Shown: positions 10,668 through 20,843, counted from the stretch's first letter. The stretch: 64,000 bases of DNA from Bacteroidia bacterium (GCA_026391215.1 JAPLDX010000056.1:1-64000), one strand, 5' to 3'. Numbers and translations: made by a program. The notes: a model not told the origin generated them from the letters alone.

Positions 10668-12176
10668 TTAAAATCCTGCAGGGCTTCCTACCCTTATCAT
10701 TGCGCATCTGAATCCGATATCGTCGCGTGATTCTTCCTGGTCGAGGAATCTCCTTGTTGAAGGATTAAGCCAATAGGCTCTGTCTTTCCATGATCCTCCC
10801 TTATATACCCTTGCATTATCATTAATGAGAGTTACAAAGTCGGCCATTCCACCTCCTGTACCAAGATCCTGCGCATACATCCTGAGTGATGCTTTTTTGC
10901 CATCATCAGCAAGCCAGTCAGTTACTGCTGACGATGTGAGATCACCATCCCTGAAATTCCTGTAGTCACCTTTCTGATAGTTATACCTGTTGGCTACATT
11001 GGCGTCCTTTACGGTATCAACATATAATCTTCCAAGATTTCCTTTAGTAACTACATTACCATTGGCATCACGACGCAGGTCGGTATAAACGTTACCCCTG
11101 AAAGGATTGAATCCGTCTACATCATCCGGGCTAAGAGGACGGTAGACATCCTGTACCCATTCATTAACATTGCCTGACATGCAATAAAGTCCATAGTCGT
11201 TTGGCCAGTATGATTTTACTTCGCTTGTTATGCTTGCATTATCGTTAAGGCTCCCGGCAACCCCCATCATATCGCCCCTGCCACGAACAAAGTTTGCCAT
11301 CATTTCACCCTGTGATCTGGTAGCTGCATTTCTTACATTGTGTCCGTCCCATGGGTATATTCTTCTTTCATAAATTCTTTCTTCAAAAGTATTTCCCCTG
11401 AGCGCATAGGCAGCAAATTCCCATTCTGCTTCAGTAGGAAGCCTGTAGCTGGGAAGCAGTAAGCCATCCTCAAAATTTGTTCTGCGTTCGGTCTGATTGG
11501 GATTAAGGCTCTCTCTCAGCTGGTTGACAACACCTTCATACTGTCCGGCAAGATAAGCTTCAGTATTAAAGTTGTTCTGGTTCGACTGTGCCGGATCGGG
11601 ATTTAATTCTCCCTCATCAATCAGAAGCTGTTCATTCACTCGGTCGCTTCTCCAGAGACAATAGTCGTTAGCTTTCAGCCAGCTAACTCCAACAACAGGA
11701 TAATTATTATATGACGGGTGTCTGAAATAATATTGTACATAGGGATCATTGAAACCCATTGGACTTCTCCATACAAGTGTATCAGGAAGTGATCTCCTGT
11801 ATACTTCCGGGTAATCAATATAAACACGTCTGAGCCAGAACAGATACTCCCGGTAATCAACATTCTTCACCTCTGTTTCATCCATATAGAATGAAGATAC
11901 TGTTACAGTCCTTGGCTTATTGTTCCAGTCAAACAATACGTCCTGCTGCACCTGTCCCATTGTAAAGCGTCCGCCTTCTATGAGAACCAGGCCCGGACCT
12001 GTCTGCTGTTCGCCTTCAAGAGTAACCTCAAATCCGCCATTATCCGGACTATTATAATCCCATCCAGTAGTTGAGGAAACATTAGGATCACCACCTCCCT
12101 TCCCCTTGAATAGACTACAGGACACCAGGAAGAGTGAGGCTAAGAATATAACCGATAATGTTCTGAATTTATACAT
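10668..12176 (-). CDS. gldJ: Gliding motility/T9SS-associated lipoprotein GldJ (FGE/SUMF1 domain)
   Basis: Lipobox LVSC; SSTTGW, GPGLV.IEGG.FTMG, DWNN, FYMDETEV, YRLPTEAEWE, GFRCAM; synteny with murF and porU. Confidence 0.87.
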   Translation of the reverse strand: MYKFRTLSVIFLASLFLVSCSLFKGKGGGDPNVSSTTGWDYNSPDNGGFEVTLEGEQQTGPGLVLIEGGRFTMGQVQQDVLFDWNNKPRTVTVSSFYMDETEVKNVDYREYLFWLRRVYIDYPEVYRRSLPDTLVWRSPMGFNDPYVQYYFRHPSYNNYPVVGVSWLKANDYCLWRSDRVNEQLLIDEGELNPDPAQSNQNNFNTEAYLAGQYEGVVNQLRESLNPNQTERRTNFEDGLLLPSYRLPTEAEWEFAAYALRGNTFEERIYERRIYPWDGHNVRNAATRSQGEMMANFVRGRGDMMGVAGSLNDNASITSEVKSYWPNDYGLYCMSGNVNEWVQDVYRPLSPDDVDGFNPFRGNVYTDLRRDANGNVVTKGNLGRLYVDTVKDANVANRYNYQKGDYRNFRDGDLTSSAVTDWLADDGKKASLRMYAQDLGTGGGMADFVTLINDNARVYKGGSWKDRAYWLNPSTRRFLDQEESRDDIGFRCAMIRVGSPAGF

Positions 12177-12209
12177 AACTCCTTAAATTTTATGGCTTTT
12201 ATCGAAATT

Positions 12210-12217
12210 CAAATATA
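12210..12217 (-). promoter_or_regulatory. Bacteroidota -7 promoter element for gldJ
   Basis: TATATTTG on minus strand just upstream of gldJ. Confidence 0.55.
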
Positions 12218-12258
12218 ATAATATTAATACAAAATTCTTTTCCAAACATCAAATATAA

Positions 12259-13236
12259 CTACAATTTGGGAAAATTTATTGTTTTAACTGTTTTTCTTTT
12301 ATCAACATTATTTAAACGGAGAGCTATACCTGTATGATGCAGAAGCGAAAATGGCAGCAGGTCTTGTCCTGACAGAATATTAAAACGATAATTGTAAAAA
12401 ATGTTCAGAGCACCTGTATTTACTGAGAATCCTGTTTGGATATCCATGTTCTTCCCATTGCCAGCTATCACTAATGAACTAATTGATAGATAATTGAATT
12501 TAAATACAGCACCGGCTCCTCCTGCGACTGACTCTTTCTGGATTTGGAAAATCCCTATAGGAAATATCTTCACCTCCTTTTCACTGCTGAGGTCGAAATC
12601 GCCTGCAATATGCATAAAAAGCTGACGTTTAAGCTTCCCCTCCGCCAGGTCGCTTACCGACAGATCAGGCTCTGCCAGATGGTTTACGGAGAGTCCTCCG
12701 AAAATCCTGCCTGTATAAAACATGAATCCGGTGCCAAGGTCAAATATTGTACGCCCTTCAGAAGCGAGAAGCTCACCGGCAGGGAAAACAATACCTCCCA
12801 GCGGATCTATCTGATCGGGAAGAATCGCTCCTCCAAAGCTGTATCCCCTGTGATAAAATGATGCAGACAATCCTGCACTGAAATACAGATCTTTCCCCGC
12901 CTGGAAGAAATATGAATACGACAGTCCACCCTTCAGATCATTGATAATCCCTCCCAGGTATTCATTTGTGATAAATATGCCTGCCCCTCCGTGAAGCGAT
13001 GGGAAGTAACCATCATATGAGAAAAAGGCTGAATGAAGATTATATGCATTACCCGGATATAAATTCATGTATGAAATCCGGATATATCCATCCCCCTCAG
13101 CTCCCGTAATGGCGGGATTACCTGTCAGTGTAAGCTGATAACCCGGGCCGTAACCGGTTCCCTGGCTAAAGATTTCTGATGTGATGGTCAGGAGAACAAT
13201 CAGTAATAACCGGAGATATTTCGACATAATTGACAA
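12259..13236 (-). CDS. PorP/SprF family T9SS outer-membrane beta-barrel
   Basis: NPAITG, SYDGYF, GGAG, I.PDQIDP, DLGTG, GLSVNHL.EP typical of PorP/SprF; lies in T9SS locus. Confidence 0.8.
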   Translation of the reverse strand: MSIMSKYLRLLLIVLLTITSEIFSQGTGYGPGYQLTLTGNPAITGAEGDGYIRISYMNLYPGNAYNLHSAFFSYDGYFPSLHGGAGIFITNEYLGGIINDLKGGLSYSYFFQAGKDLYFSAGLSASFYHRGYSFGGAILPDQIDPLGGIVFPAGELLASEGRTIFDLGTGFMFYTGRIFGGLSVNHLAEPDLSVSDLAEGKLKRQLFMHIAGDFDLSSEKEVKIFPIGIFQIQKESVAGGAGAVFKFNYLSISSLVIAGNGKNMDIQTGFSVNTGALNIFYNYRFNILSGQDLLPFSLLHHTGIALRLNNVDKRKTVKTINFPKL

Positions 13237-13305
13237 TACTGCAATATCAACGTAATGACAACGTTATTATTTTGACCATAAGTTAACAAACATAAAGCAC
13301 ATTTC

Positions 13306-13313
13306 TATCTTTG
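13306..13313 (+). promoter_or_regulatory. Bacteroidota -7 promoter element for porU
   Basis: TATCTTTG ending 8 nt before ATG 13322. Confidence 0.6.
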
Positions 13314-13321
13314 TCAGTTAA

Positions 13322-16300
13322 ATGAACAGAATATTATTTATAATAATACTCTGCATTCTGTCTGTGCATTTTCAAATGAACGGACAGCAGGCTAAAGATA
13401 GTTATGCTTCATCATCTGTTCTGTCTTCGGGAACATGGTTCAAAATAGCTATTCTGAAGGATGGTATTTACAGGATCGACTATTCAAAACTGAAGCAGAT
13501 CGGAATAGCTGATCCTGCCAAAGCACGGATATATGCAAACAACTATGGCCAGCTCTCTTATTTTAATGATGACCCGAAACCCGATGATCTGACAGAGATC
13601 GCATTGTATACCGAAACCGGAGTTGACGGAATATTCAATGAAGGAGATTACCTGTTGTTTTACGGTCAGGGAACAGGCAGATGGAAATACAATACAACTG
13701 CCGGTGATTTTGACTTTATTAGGCATAATTATTCTGATACAGCTTTCTATTTCATTTCATCAGGGAGCATGCAGGGAAAGAGAATTTTGAATTCTGCCGA
13801 ACCTGCGGGATCATCAAATTTTTACAGCTCAGAATCAGATGCCCTGTTTATCCATGAACAGGAGAACGAGAACCTTATCAGATCAGGCAGGGAGTGGTAT
13901 CAACGGGTATCATCCATTTCAGGTGCTGTTATAAACCCTGAATTTACTGACCTTGTAAGCGGTGAAAAAATAAAGGTAAGGATCAGGGTGCTTGCAAGAG
14001 CTCCTGTATCTACAATTTTCAGATTATATGAAGAGTCGACACTTCATAAGAATATCCAGGTACAGGCAGTGAATTTGTACGCCTATACCGGGACATGGGC
14101 ACAAATATCTGACTCATCCGTATCAATAGTTCCCAGGTCATTATCGCCAAAATTTGAGATCAGATTTTTTAATAATGGCGAACCAGGCGCTGACGGATGG
14201 CTCGATTTTATAAAGCTTCAGGCAAGAAAAGTGAACATATTTAACGGACAAACTTCATTTTTTACTGATAGCAGATCTGTAGGTGCAGGGCGGATAACTG
14301 AATTCATGATAAACAGTACCACCGGCAATCCTTTCATATGGGACATTACCGATCCTTCGAATCCAAAGAGGATCAGCTATACAAAGGATAACGGGGAAAT
14401 CAGGTTCAAAGCCTTAACTGATACGCTTAAATCATTTGTCCTGTTTATTGAGGCAAACTACCTGACGCCATTGATCAAGCCAGTCTCTGTGCCAAATCAG
14501 GATCTTCATGGTTCAGATCCGGTAGATATGATAATCGTTACCCATCCTCTGTTCAGAAAATATGCTGAAGAGCTTGCCAGCCTGCATCTCTCTAATAGTG
14601 GCCTCATTTCACAGGTAGTAACACCTGAAGAAATATATAATGAGTTTTCAGGCGGTGTGCCGGATATTGCTGCAATAAGGAACTATGTCAGGATGAAATA
14701 CATTAAACAGCACGATACTGCACATCCTATGAAATATCTTCTTCTTTTCGGCGATGGTTCATATGAGAATAGAACGCTTCCTCCTGATAACCCTAATTTC
14801 GTTCCCACTTATCAGTCACAGAATTCAAATGTAATTGTATCGTCATTCACATCAGATGATTTCTATGGTCTTCTTGGGGATGGTGAAGGAGAAGCACAGG
14901 GAACGGAAGATGTAGGCATCGGCCGACTGCCGGCTTCCGATACTGCACAGGCACGGATACTTGTATCCAAAATCAGACGGTATCTGGATCCATCCAACCA
15001 GGGAGACTGGAAAAATATTATCTGCATAACCGCTGACGATGAAGACGGGAACACCCATATGTCTGATGCAGAAGGACTATCAGCGCTTTTGAGAGACAGT
15101 GTCAAATCATTTAATATCGACAAAATATATCTTGATGCCTTTAAACAAGTCACTTCAATAAACGGGCAATCCTATCCTGATGTGGAAAAAGCAATATATG
15201 ACCGAATTAATTCGGGGTGCCTCATTTTTAATTATGTCGGACATGGAAGCGAGAATGGACTGGCCGCTGAAAGGGTTATAAAAACTGCAGATATTAACTC
15301 ATGGATGAATGGGGCAAAGCTTCCCCTTTTTATTACAGCAACATGCGAATTCAGCAGGTTCGATGACGTGGAAAAGGACATAATTACAGGTGAATGGAAA
15401 ATAAAGACCTCAGCAGGTGAGATGGTGCTCATGAATGAGAACGGCGGAGGGATAGCATTGATGTCTACTACCCGTGTTGTATATTCAGCACCAAATTATT
15501 TTCTTAATAAGAACATATTTAATTACGCTTTTGACCGTGATACCTCAGGCAATGTCATGAGATTGGGAGATATTATACGATTGGCTAAAAACAGTTCGGG
15601 AAGTGGCTCTAATAAAAGGAATTTTACACTTCTCGGCGATCCTGCAGTAATTCTGGCTTATCCGTGGCACGGACAGGTAGTAACAGATTCAGTAAACCAC
15701 TTAAGTATTATCAACGGCAGTGACAGCCTTAAAGCATTATCACAGGTTACAATTTCAGGACATATTGAAAATGCCCGCGGCCTGACCCTTAGCGATTTTA
15801 ACGGGACAGTCTCTCCGATAGTGTATGATAAAGTATCGACAATTAAGACACTGGCAAATGATGGCGGACAATCGATGAAATTTGATATCAGGAATAATAT
15901 TCTTTTCAGTGGCAAGACAAAAGCTGATAACGGAAATTTCAGCTTTACATTTATTGTGCCGAGAGATATAGATTATGCATTTGGTTCAGGTAAAATAAGC
16001 TACTATGCAAACGATGCCTCACGGGATATGAATGGCAATTTTTCGGATATAATTGTGGGTGGATTCGCCGAAACGACTGTGGTTGATACTGTCGGACCGG
16101 ATATCGACCTGTTTATGAACGACACTCTTTTCAGGAACGGCGGAATTACGGATATTAACCCACGAATGCTTGCAATTATAGAGGATAAGGGGGGTATCAA
16201 TACAACTGGTTCAGGAATAGGGCACGACCTGACAGCATACCTTGACAATGACAGGAACAAATCGTTTGTCCTCAATAATTATTTTGAAAATGACTTTGAT

Positions 16301-16744
16301 AACTATATGAAAGGGAAAATCATATATGATCTTTCTGAACTCACCGAAGGAAATCATTCCCTTACGATAAAAGCATGGGATAACTACAATAACTCATCAG
16401 AAAAATCAATTGTATTCCTTGTCGAAACCAACGGCAAATTCATACTGACAAACCTGCTCAACTATCCGAATCCGATAGTAAACGGAACAAAGATAACCGC
16501 CGGGCATAACAGGCCGGATGAGGACCTTGAAATCACTATCAGCATTTTTGATATGAGCGGCCGGATAATCAGGATCATAAAGACAACATTGTATTCTACG
16601 GGTTATCAGATTTCTCCTGTAGAATGGGATGGCAACATTGAATCCGGGAAAAGAGCAGGGAGAGGCATCTATCCCTACCGTGTGTCAGTGAGAACAGGAG
16701 GAGGAGAATCGGCAGAAAGCTCAGGCCGGATGATCATTTTATAA
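13322..16744 (+). CDS. porU: T9SS sortase PorU (peptidase C25 family)
   Basis: SVLSSG.W.KI, IYNEFS.G.PD..AIR, YLLLFGD, catalytic NYVGHG and TATCEF, LLGDP, CTD NYPNP; followed by porV. Confidence 0.94.
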   Translation: MNRILFIIILCILSVHFQMNGQQAKDSYASSSVLSSGTWFKIAILKDGIYRIDYSKLKQIGIADPAKARIYANNYGQLSYFNDDPKPDDLTEIALYTETGVDGIFNEGDYLLFYGQGTGRWKYNTTAGDFDFIRHNYSDTAFYFISSGSMQGKRILNSAEPAGSSNFYSSESDALFIHEQENENLIRSGREWYQRVSSISGAVINPEFTDLVSGEKIKVRIRVLARAPVSTIFRLYEESTLHKNIQVQAVNLYAYTGTWAQISDSSVSIVPRSLSPKFEIRFFNNGEPGADGWLDFIKLQARKVNIFNGQTSFFTDSRSVGAGRITEFMINSTTGNPFIWDITDPSNPKRISYTKDNGEIRFKALTDTLKSFVLFIEANYLTPLIKPVSVPNQDLHGSDPVDMIIVTHPLFRKYAEELASLHLSNSGLISQVVTPEEIYNEFSGGVPDIAAIRNYVRMKYIKQHDTAHPMKYLLLFGDGSYENRTLPPDNPNFVPTYQSQNSNVIVSSFTSDDFYGLLGDGEGEAQGTEDVGIGRLPASDTAQARILVSKIRRYLDPSNQGDWKNIICITADDEDGNTHMSDAEGLSALLRDSVKSFNIDKIYLDAFKQVTSINGQSYPDVEKAIYDRINSGCLIFNYVGHGSENGLAAERVIKTADINSWMNGAKLPLFITATCEFSRFDDVEKDIITGEWKIKTSAGEMVLMNENGGGIALMSTTRVVYSAPNYFLNKNIFNYAFDRDTSGNVMRLGDIIRLAKNSSGSGSNKRNFTLLGDPAVILAYPWHGQVVTDSVNHLSIINGSDSLKALSQVTISGHIENARGLTLSDFNGTVSPIVYDKVSTIKTLANDGGQSMKFDIRNNILFSGKTKADNGNFSFTFIVPRDIDYAFGSGKISYYANDASRDMNGNFSDIIVGGFAETTVVDTVGPDIDLFMNDTLFRNGGITDINPRMLAIIEDKGGINTTGSGIGHDLTAYLDNDRNKSFVLNNYFENDFDNYMKGKIIYDLSELTEGNHSLTIKAWDNYNNSSEKSIVFLVETNGKFILTNLLNYPNPIVNGTKITAGHNRPDEDLEITISIFDMSGRIIRIIKTTLYSTGYQISPVEWDGNIESGKRAGRGIYPYRVSVRTGGGESAESSGRMIIL

Positions 16745-16777
16745 CTATAACACAATAAGACAGGTAAAAAATTGTTT

Positions 16778-16785
16778 TATATTTG
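16778..16785 (+). promoter_or_regulatory. Bacteroidota -7 promoter element for porV-ispF
   Basis: TATATTTG(CA) upstream of ATG 16804. Confidence 0.6.
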
Positions 16786-16803
16786 CACTTTCGAAGTATC
16801 AGA

Positions 16804-18015
16804 ATGAAAAAGAGGACAATACTAATTCTATTCCTGGCAGCTTTTCTGACAAGCCCTATGCTTTATGGCCAGGATAGCAGCGGCGAACTAAATGCCATTC
16901 AGACAGTTGTTCCGTTCCTTACTATAGCTCCCGACTCAAGAGCAGGCGCTATGGGGGATGCCGGGGTAGCTACCTCACCTGATGTTTACAGCATGCACTG
17001 GAATCCCGCAAAGTTCGCATTCATTGATGGAAAGGGAGGCGTTGGTATTTCCTATTCACCCTGGCTCAGAAATCTCGTTCCCGATATTAATATTGCCTAT
17101 CTGTCAGGATACTACAGATTCGATAAGAAGCAGGTCATTAATGGAAGCCTTATATATTCATCCCTTGGGGATGTTTCATTCACTGATGATTTCGGTAATC
17201 CCATGAGAGACTATAAGCCTAATGAATGGTCGTTTGATCTGGGGTATTCAAGATTATTAACTGATAACCTGGCCGGAGGTATAGCTTTCAGGTTTATATA
17301 TTCCAACCTTACGGGAGGCTTCTCTTCAGGCGAAACGAACACAAAACCGGGAACCTCTGTTGCCGCTGATGTTTCTGTATATTATCAAAAGGATATAAGT
17401 CTCTTCAGCAAGGAGGCGTCGCTTGCTTTCGGAGCAAACATATCTAACTTAGGATCAAAGATGAGCTATTCTGAATCCCAGACTTCCGATTTTATTCCTA
17501 TTAATATGAAGCTTGGAACAGCATTTAATATGAATCTTGATCAGTATAATAAAATCACTTTTACAATTGATATCAACAAACTGCTGGTCCCCACTCCCCC
17601 ATACTATTATGAAATAGGAGACACTACAAAAGATGGAACCATTGTTACAACCAGTCAATCAATAATTGAATTCGGGAAGGACCCTAATGTTTCGCTTCCT
17701 GTTGCCATCTTTCAGTCCTTCATTGATGCCCCCGGGGGGTTCAGGGAAGAACTGCATGAAATAACGTACTCGTATGGCGCAGAATACTGGTATAATGATC
17801 AGTTTGCTATAAGGGCCGGATATTTCCACGAGAATGAAAGCAAGGGAAACCGTAAATATTTTACTGCAGGTGCAGGTTTCAGGCTAAGTGGATTTACAGT
17901 TGACTTCTCTTATCTGATGCCACTGGTTCAGAACCACCCGCTTGCCCGCACATTGCGCTTCTCCCTTTCATTTGATATCAACTCGTTAAGGAACGCAACC
18001 AAATCGCGTACATGA
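16804..18015 (+). CDS. porV: T9SS shuttle beta-barrel PorV
   Basis: VPFLTIAPDSRAGAMGD.GVA, WNPAK, SYSPWL, NKLLVPTPP, KGNRKYFT.G, LARTLRFSL. Confidence 0.95.
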   Translation: MKKRTILILFLAAFLTSPMLYGQDSSGELNAIQTVVPFLTIAPDSRAGAMGDAGVATSPDVYSMHWNPAKFAFIDGKGGVGISYSPWLRNLVPDINIAYLSGYYRFDKKQVINGSLIYSSLGDVSFTDDFGNPMRDYKPNEWSFDLGYSRLLTDNLAGGIAFRFIYSNLTGGFSSGETNTKPGTSVAADVSVYYQKDISLFSKEASLAFGANISNLGSKMSYSESQTSDFIPINMKLGTAFNMNLDQYNKITFTIDINKLLVPTPPYYYEIGDTTKDGTIVTTSQSIIEFGKDPNVSLPVAIFQSFIDAPGGFREELHEITYSYGAEYWYNDQFAIRAGYFHENESKGNRKYFTAGAGFRLSGFTVDFSYLMPLVQNHPLARTLRFSLSFDINSLRNATKSRT

Positions 18016-18488
18016 ATCCCAGAATAGGCCAGGGTATCGACTTTCACCGGCTTGAAAAAGGTTTGAAATTATGGCTCGGAGGCATTCTCATACCTTCTGA
18101 AAAAGGTTGCATTGCCCATTCCGACGGGGACGTCCTTCTTCATGCAGTATGTGATTCACTCTTAGGTGCTGCAGGAGAGCCAGATATAGGAAGCCATTTC
18201 CCCGATACTGATCCGGAATTTAAAAACATCCAGAGCACAATATTACTCGAAAGGACATATAATATTATACGTAAAAAGGGATATAAAGTTTCAAATATCG
18301 ACTGTACAGTCTGCCTTGAAAAGCCGAAAATGGCATCCTATATTCCGGAAATGAGATCAGTCATCTCATCAATTCTTGAAACCTCACCTGACAATATTTC
18401 CATAAAGGCCACAACAGCGGAGAAACTTGGTTTTATTGGCCGGGAAGAAGGTATAATGGCAATAGCTGTGGCTCTTATTAACGAATAA
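18012..18488 (+). CDS. ispF: 2-C-methyl-D-erythritol 2,4-cyclodiphosphate synthase
   Basis: RIGQG.D.H, HSDGDVLLHA, DIG.HFPD, KATT.EKLGF.GR.EG. Confidence 0.96.
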   Translation: MNPRIGQGIDFHRLEKGLKLWLGGILIPSEKGCIAHSDGDVLLHAVCDSLLGAAGEPDIGSHFPDTDPEFKNIQSTILLERTYNIIRKKGYKVSNIDCTVCLEKPKMASYIPEMRSVISSILETSPDNISIKATTAEKLGFIGREEGIMAIAVALINE

Positions 18489-18579
18489 CCTCCCTGCCCC
18501 CCTGAAGGGGGTTGAAACCCATTTCACTTCAAAGTTATTAGACGGGTTTATAGCCCCCCTTTAGGGGGGTTGGGGGGTC
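18487..18579. repeat. REP/REPIN-like inverted pair of GC-rich palindromes
   Basis: AACCTCCCTGCCCCCCTGAAGGGGGTT (+) and GACCCCCCAACCCCCCTAAAGGGGGGCT (-) face each other across a short AT-rich spacer. Confidence 0.7.
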
Positions 18580-20583
18580 AATCAAACTGTCAATCAATTC
18601 ATCATCAGCAATATACGGTACCGTCACCTTTAATCCCGGAGTCCTCTTCATCTCTCTTTCAAGAGTAAACAAAGCACCTTCGCTTCTGGCCCAGCTCCTT
18701 CTTGCAATTCCATTATTAACATCCCAGTGAAGCATCATTCTGAGCTTATCACCTGCCTCCGTTGTTCCATCCAGCACCATCCCGAAGCCGCCATTAATGA
18801 CTTCACCCCATCCTACGCCACCTCCGTTATGCAGAGATACCCATGTAGCTCCCCGGAATGAATCGCCTATTACATTATGCACTGCCATGTCGGCAGTAAA
18901 CTTTGATCCGTCATAAATATTTGATGTTTCCCTGAAAGGGGAATCAGTGCCTGAAACATCATGATGATCCCTGCCGATTACTATCGGTGCAGATATTTTC
19001 CCGTTTGCCACAGCCCTGTTAAAAGCATCAGCAATTGCTATCCGCCCTTCCGCATCAGCATAGAGGATCCTTGCCTGCGAACCTACCACCAGCTCGTTTT
19101 TGCCTGCCTCCTTTATCCAGTGAATATTGTCTGCCATCTGCTGCTTTATCTGGTCAGGAGAAGCCTCCATAATATGCTCAAGTGTTTCTGAGGCAATTGT
19201 GTCAGTTATTGCAAGGTCGGCCGGATCATTTGAGCAACAAACCCACCTGAATGGTCCGAAACCGTAATCAAAACACAGAGGTCCCATAATATCCTGTACA
19301 TAAGACGGGTATCTGAATTCTCCATCAGGTTTGAGAATATCTGCTCCTGCCCTTGATGCTTCAAGAAGGAAAGCATTACCATAATCAAAGAAATATGTAC
19401 CCCTTTTCGTGTGCCTGTTAATTGCTTCGACCTGACGAACAAGAGATTTCTTAACCAGGACTTTAAATTTGTCAGGGGAATCTGAAATCATTCTGTTCGC
19501 CTCTTCAAAACCGAGTCCTGCAGGATAATATCCTCCGGCCCATGGATTATGAAGTGATGTCTGGTCAGATCCAATATCCACCATAATACCTGCATCTGCA
19601 AATTTTTCCCAGACATCCACAATATTCCCGTGATAGGCCAGAGAAACCACTTCTTTTTTCTCTCTGGCCGATCTTACCCTTTCAATAAGCTTATTCATAT
19701 CAGTCAGCACTTCATCCACCCATCCCTGTGAATGACATGTACGGATCGCCTTGGGATTTACCTCAGCTATAACAGATATGACACCTGCAATGGAGGCTGC
19801 TTTAGTCTGAGCTCCTGACATTCCGCCAAGTCCTGATGACACATAAATCTTCCCTCTCAGATTATTTTCGCCTTTGCTTATCAGCCTTCCGGCATTTAGA
19901 ATTGTAATAGTAGTCCCGTGAACTATACCCTGTGGCCCGATATACATATATGAGCCTGCAGTCATCTGACCATATTGTGATACCCCCATGGCATTGAACT
20001 TTTCCCAGTGATCCTGAGAAGAGTAATTCGGGATAACCATTCCGTTGGTGACCACTAATCTTGGTGCATCTTTATGAGAAGGGAAAAGTCCCAGGGGATG
20101 CCCTGAATATATAACAAGTGTCTGATCATCAGTCATTTCAGAAAGATACTTCATCACGATCCGGTATTGAGCCCAGTTCTGAAAAACTGCTCCGTTGCTT
20201 CCATATGTGATCAGTTCATGAGGGTGCTGGGCAACTGACAGATCAAGGTTATTTGAGATCATCAGCATTATTGCGGCTGCTTTTCGTGACCTGTACGGGA
20301 ATTCATCAATATGACGCGCCTTGATCTCATATTCAGGACGGAACCGGTACATATATATCCGTCCATATTCGTTAAGCTCATCAGCAAATTCCCTTGCCAG
20401 GACAGTATGAAAATCAATCGGGAAGTATCTCAGGGCATTTTTCAGCGCCAGCTTTTTTTCTTCCCGCGTAAGTATGTCCTTGCGTTTGGGAGCATGATTA
20501 ATATTCTGATCATAAGGCTTTTCTTCAGGAAGTTCTAACGGTATGCCTTCTGAGACGAGTTGTTTGAAAGCGGTGGAGGTCAT
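18538..20583 (-). CDS. hutU: Urocanate hydratase (long Bacteroidota/eukaryote-like form)
   Basis: GRIYMYR, YGQMTAGSYMYIGPQGIVHGT, GLGGMSGAQ, SDQTS.H, GRDH.D, HNGGGVGWG; ATG 20583 lies after the promoter motif. Confidence 0.95.
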   Translation of the reverse strand: MTSTAFKQLVSEGIPLELPEEKPYDQNINHAPKRKDILTREEKKLALKNALRYFPIDFHTVLAREFADELNEYGRIYMYRFRPEYEIKARHIDEFPYRSRKAAAIMLMISNNLDLSVAQHPHELITYGSNGAVFQNWAQYRIVMKYLSEMTDDQTLVIYSGHPLGLFPSHKDAPRLVVTNGMVIPNYSSQDHWEKFNAMGVSQYGQMTAGSYMYIGPQGIVHGTTITILNAGRLISKGENNLRGKIYVSSGLGGMSGAQTKAASIAGVISVIAEVNPKAIRTCHSQGWVDEVLTDMNKLIERVRSAREKKEVVSLAYHGNIVDVWEKFADAGIMVDIGSDQTSLHNPWAGGYYPAGLGFEEANRMISDSPDKFKVLVKKSLVRQVEAINRHTKRGTYFFDYGNAFLLEASRAGADILKPDGEFRYPSYVQDIMGPLCFDYGFGPFRWVCCSNDPADLAITDTIASETLEHIMEASPDQIKQQMADNIHWIKEAGKNELVVGSQARILYADAEGRIAIADAFNRAVANGKISAPIVIGRDHHDVSGTDSPFRETSNIYDGSKFTADMAVHNVIGDSFRGATWVSLHNGGGVGWGEVINGGFGMVLDGTTEAGDKLRMMLHWDVNNGIARRSWARSEGALFTLEREMKRTPGLKVTVPYIADDELIDSLIDPPTPLKGGYKPV

Positions 20584-20604
20584 GCATGTAGCTGTTGGTA
20601 TGTA

Positions 20605-20612
20605 CAAAGGTA
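20605..20612 (-). promoter_or_regulatory. Bacteroidota -7 promoter element for hutU
   Basis: TACCTTTG on minus strand upstream of ATG 20583. Confidence 0.6.
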
Positions 20613-20660
20613 GAGAAATTTAGGATCAAATTAGCCCTGCTTTCCCTTTCTCTGCTTCAG

Positions 20661-20774
20661 GTACTCACCCCCTTTGTCCCCCTCTCTGCTGAAGCAAAGA
20701 GGGGGAAATCATTGTTATACAACATATTAGCTCCCCCTCCTTGCGAAGCAGGGAGGGGGTTGGGGGGTAGGTAC
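20661..20774. repeat. REPIN-like inverted doublet
   Basis: Units 20661-20708 and 20730-20774 are related inverted copies, each with a CCCCCTC..TGC-loop-GCA..GAGGGGG hairpin; bounded by GTAC at both ends. Confidence 0.75.
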
Positions 20775-20791
20775 ATGCATCCCCGCCAAAT

Positions 20792-20819
20792 AAAAAAAGC
20801 CGGCTCATATCAGCCGGCT
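20792..20819 (-). terminator. Intrinsic terminator of the M23-CapA-MerR-Nif3-Zn-ribbon operon
   Basis: AGCCGGCT-N6-AGCCGGCT stem followed by a T run on the minus strand. Confidence 0.75.
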
Positions 20820-20843
20820 CTCTATATATCTTTTCCCCGATGA

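Noticed and set aside
10668-12176. Formylglycine-generating enzyme or GldK/PorK
   Set aside because: Lipobox, SSTTGW/DWNN motifs and murF/porU synteny fit GldJ; no gldL/M/N follow
20595-20843. 82-aa plus-strand ORF
   Set aside because: Reads through the hutU promoter, the REPIN-like element and a terminator; its Pro/Gly-rich peptide is translated repeat DNA
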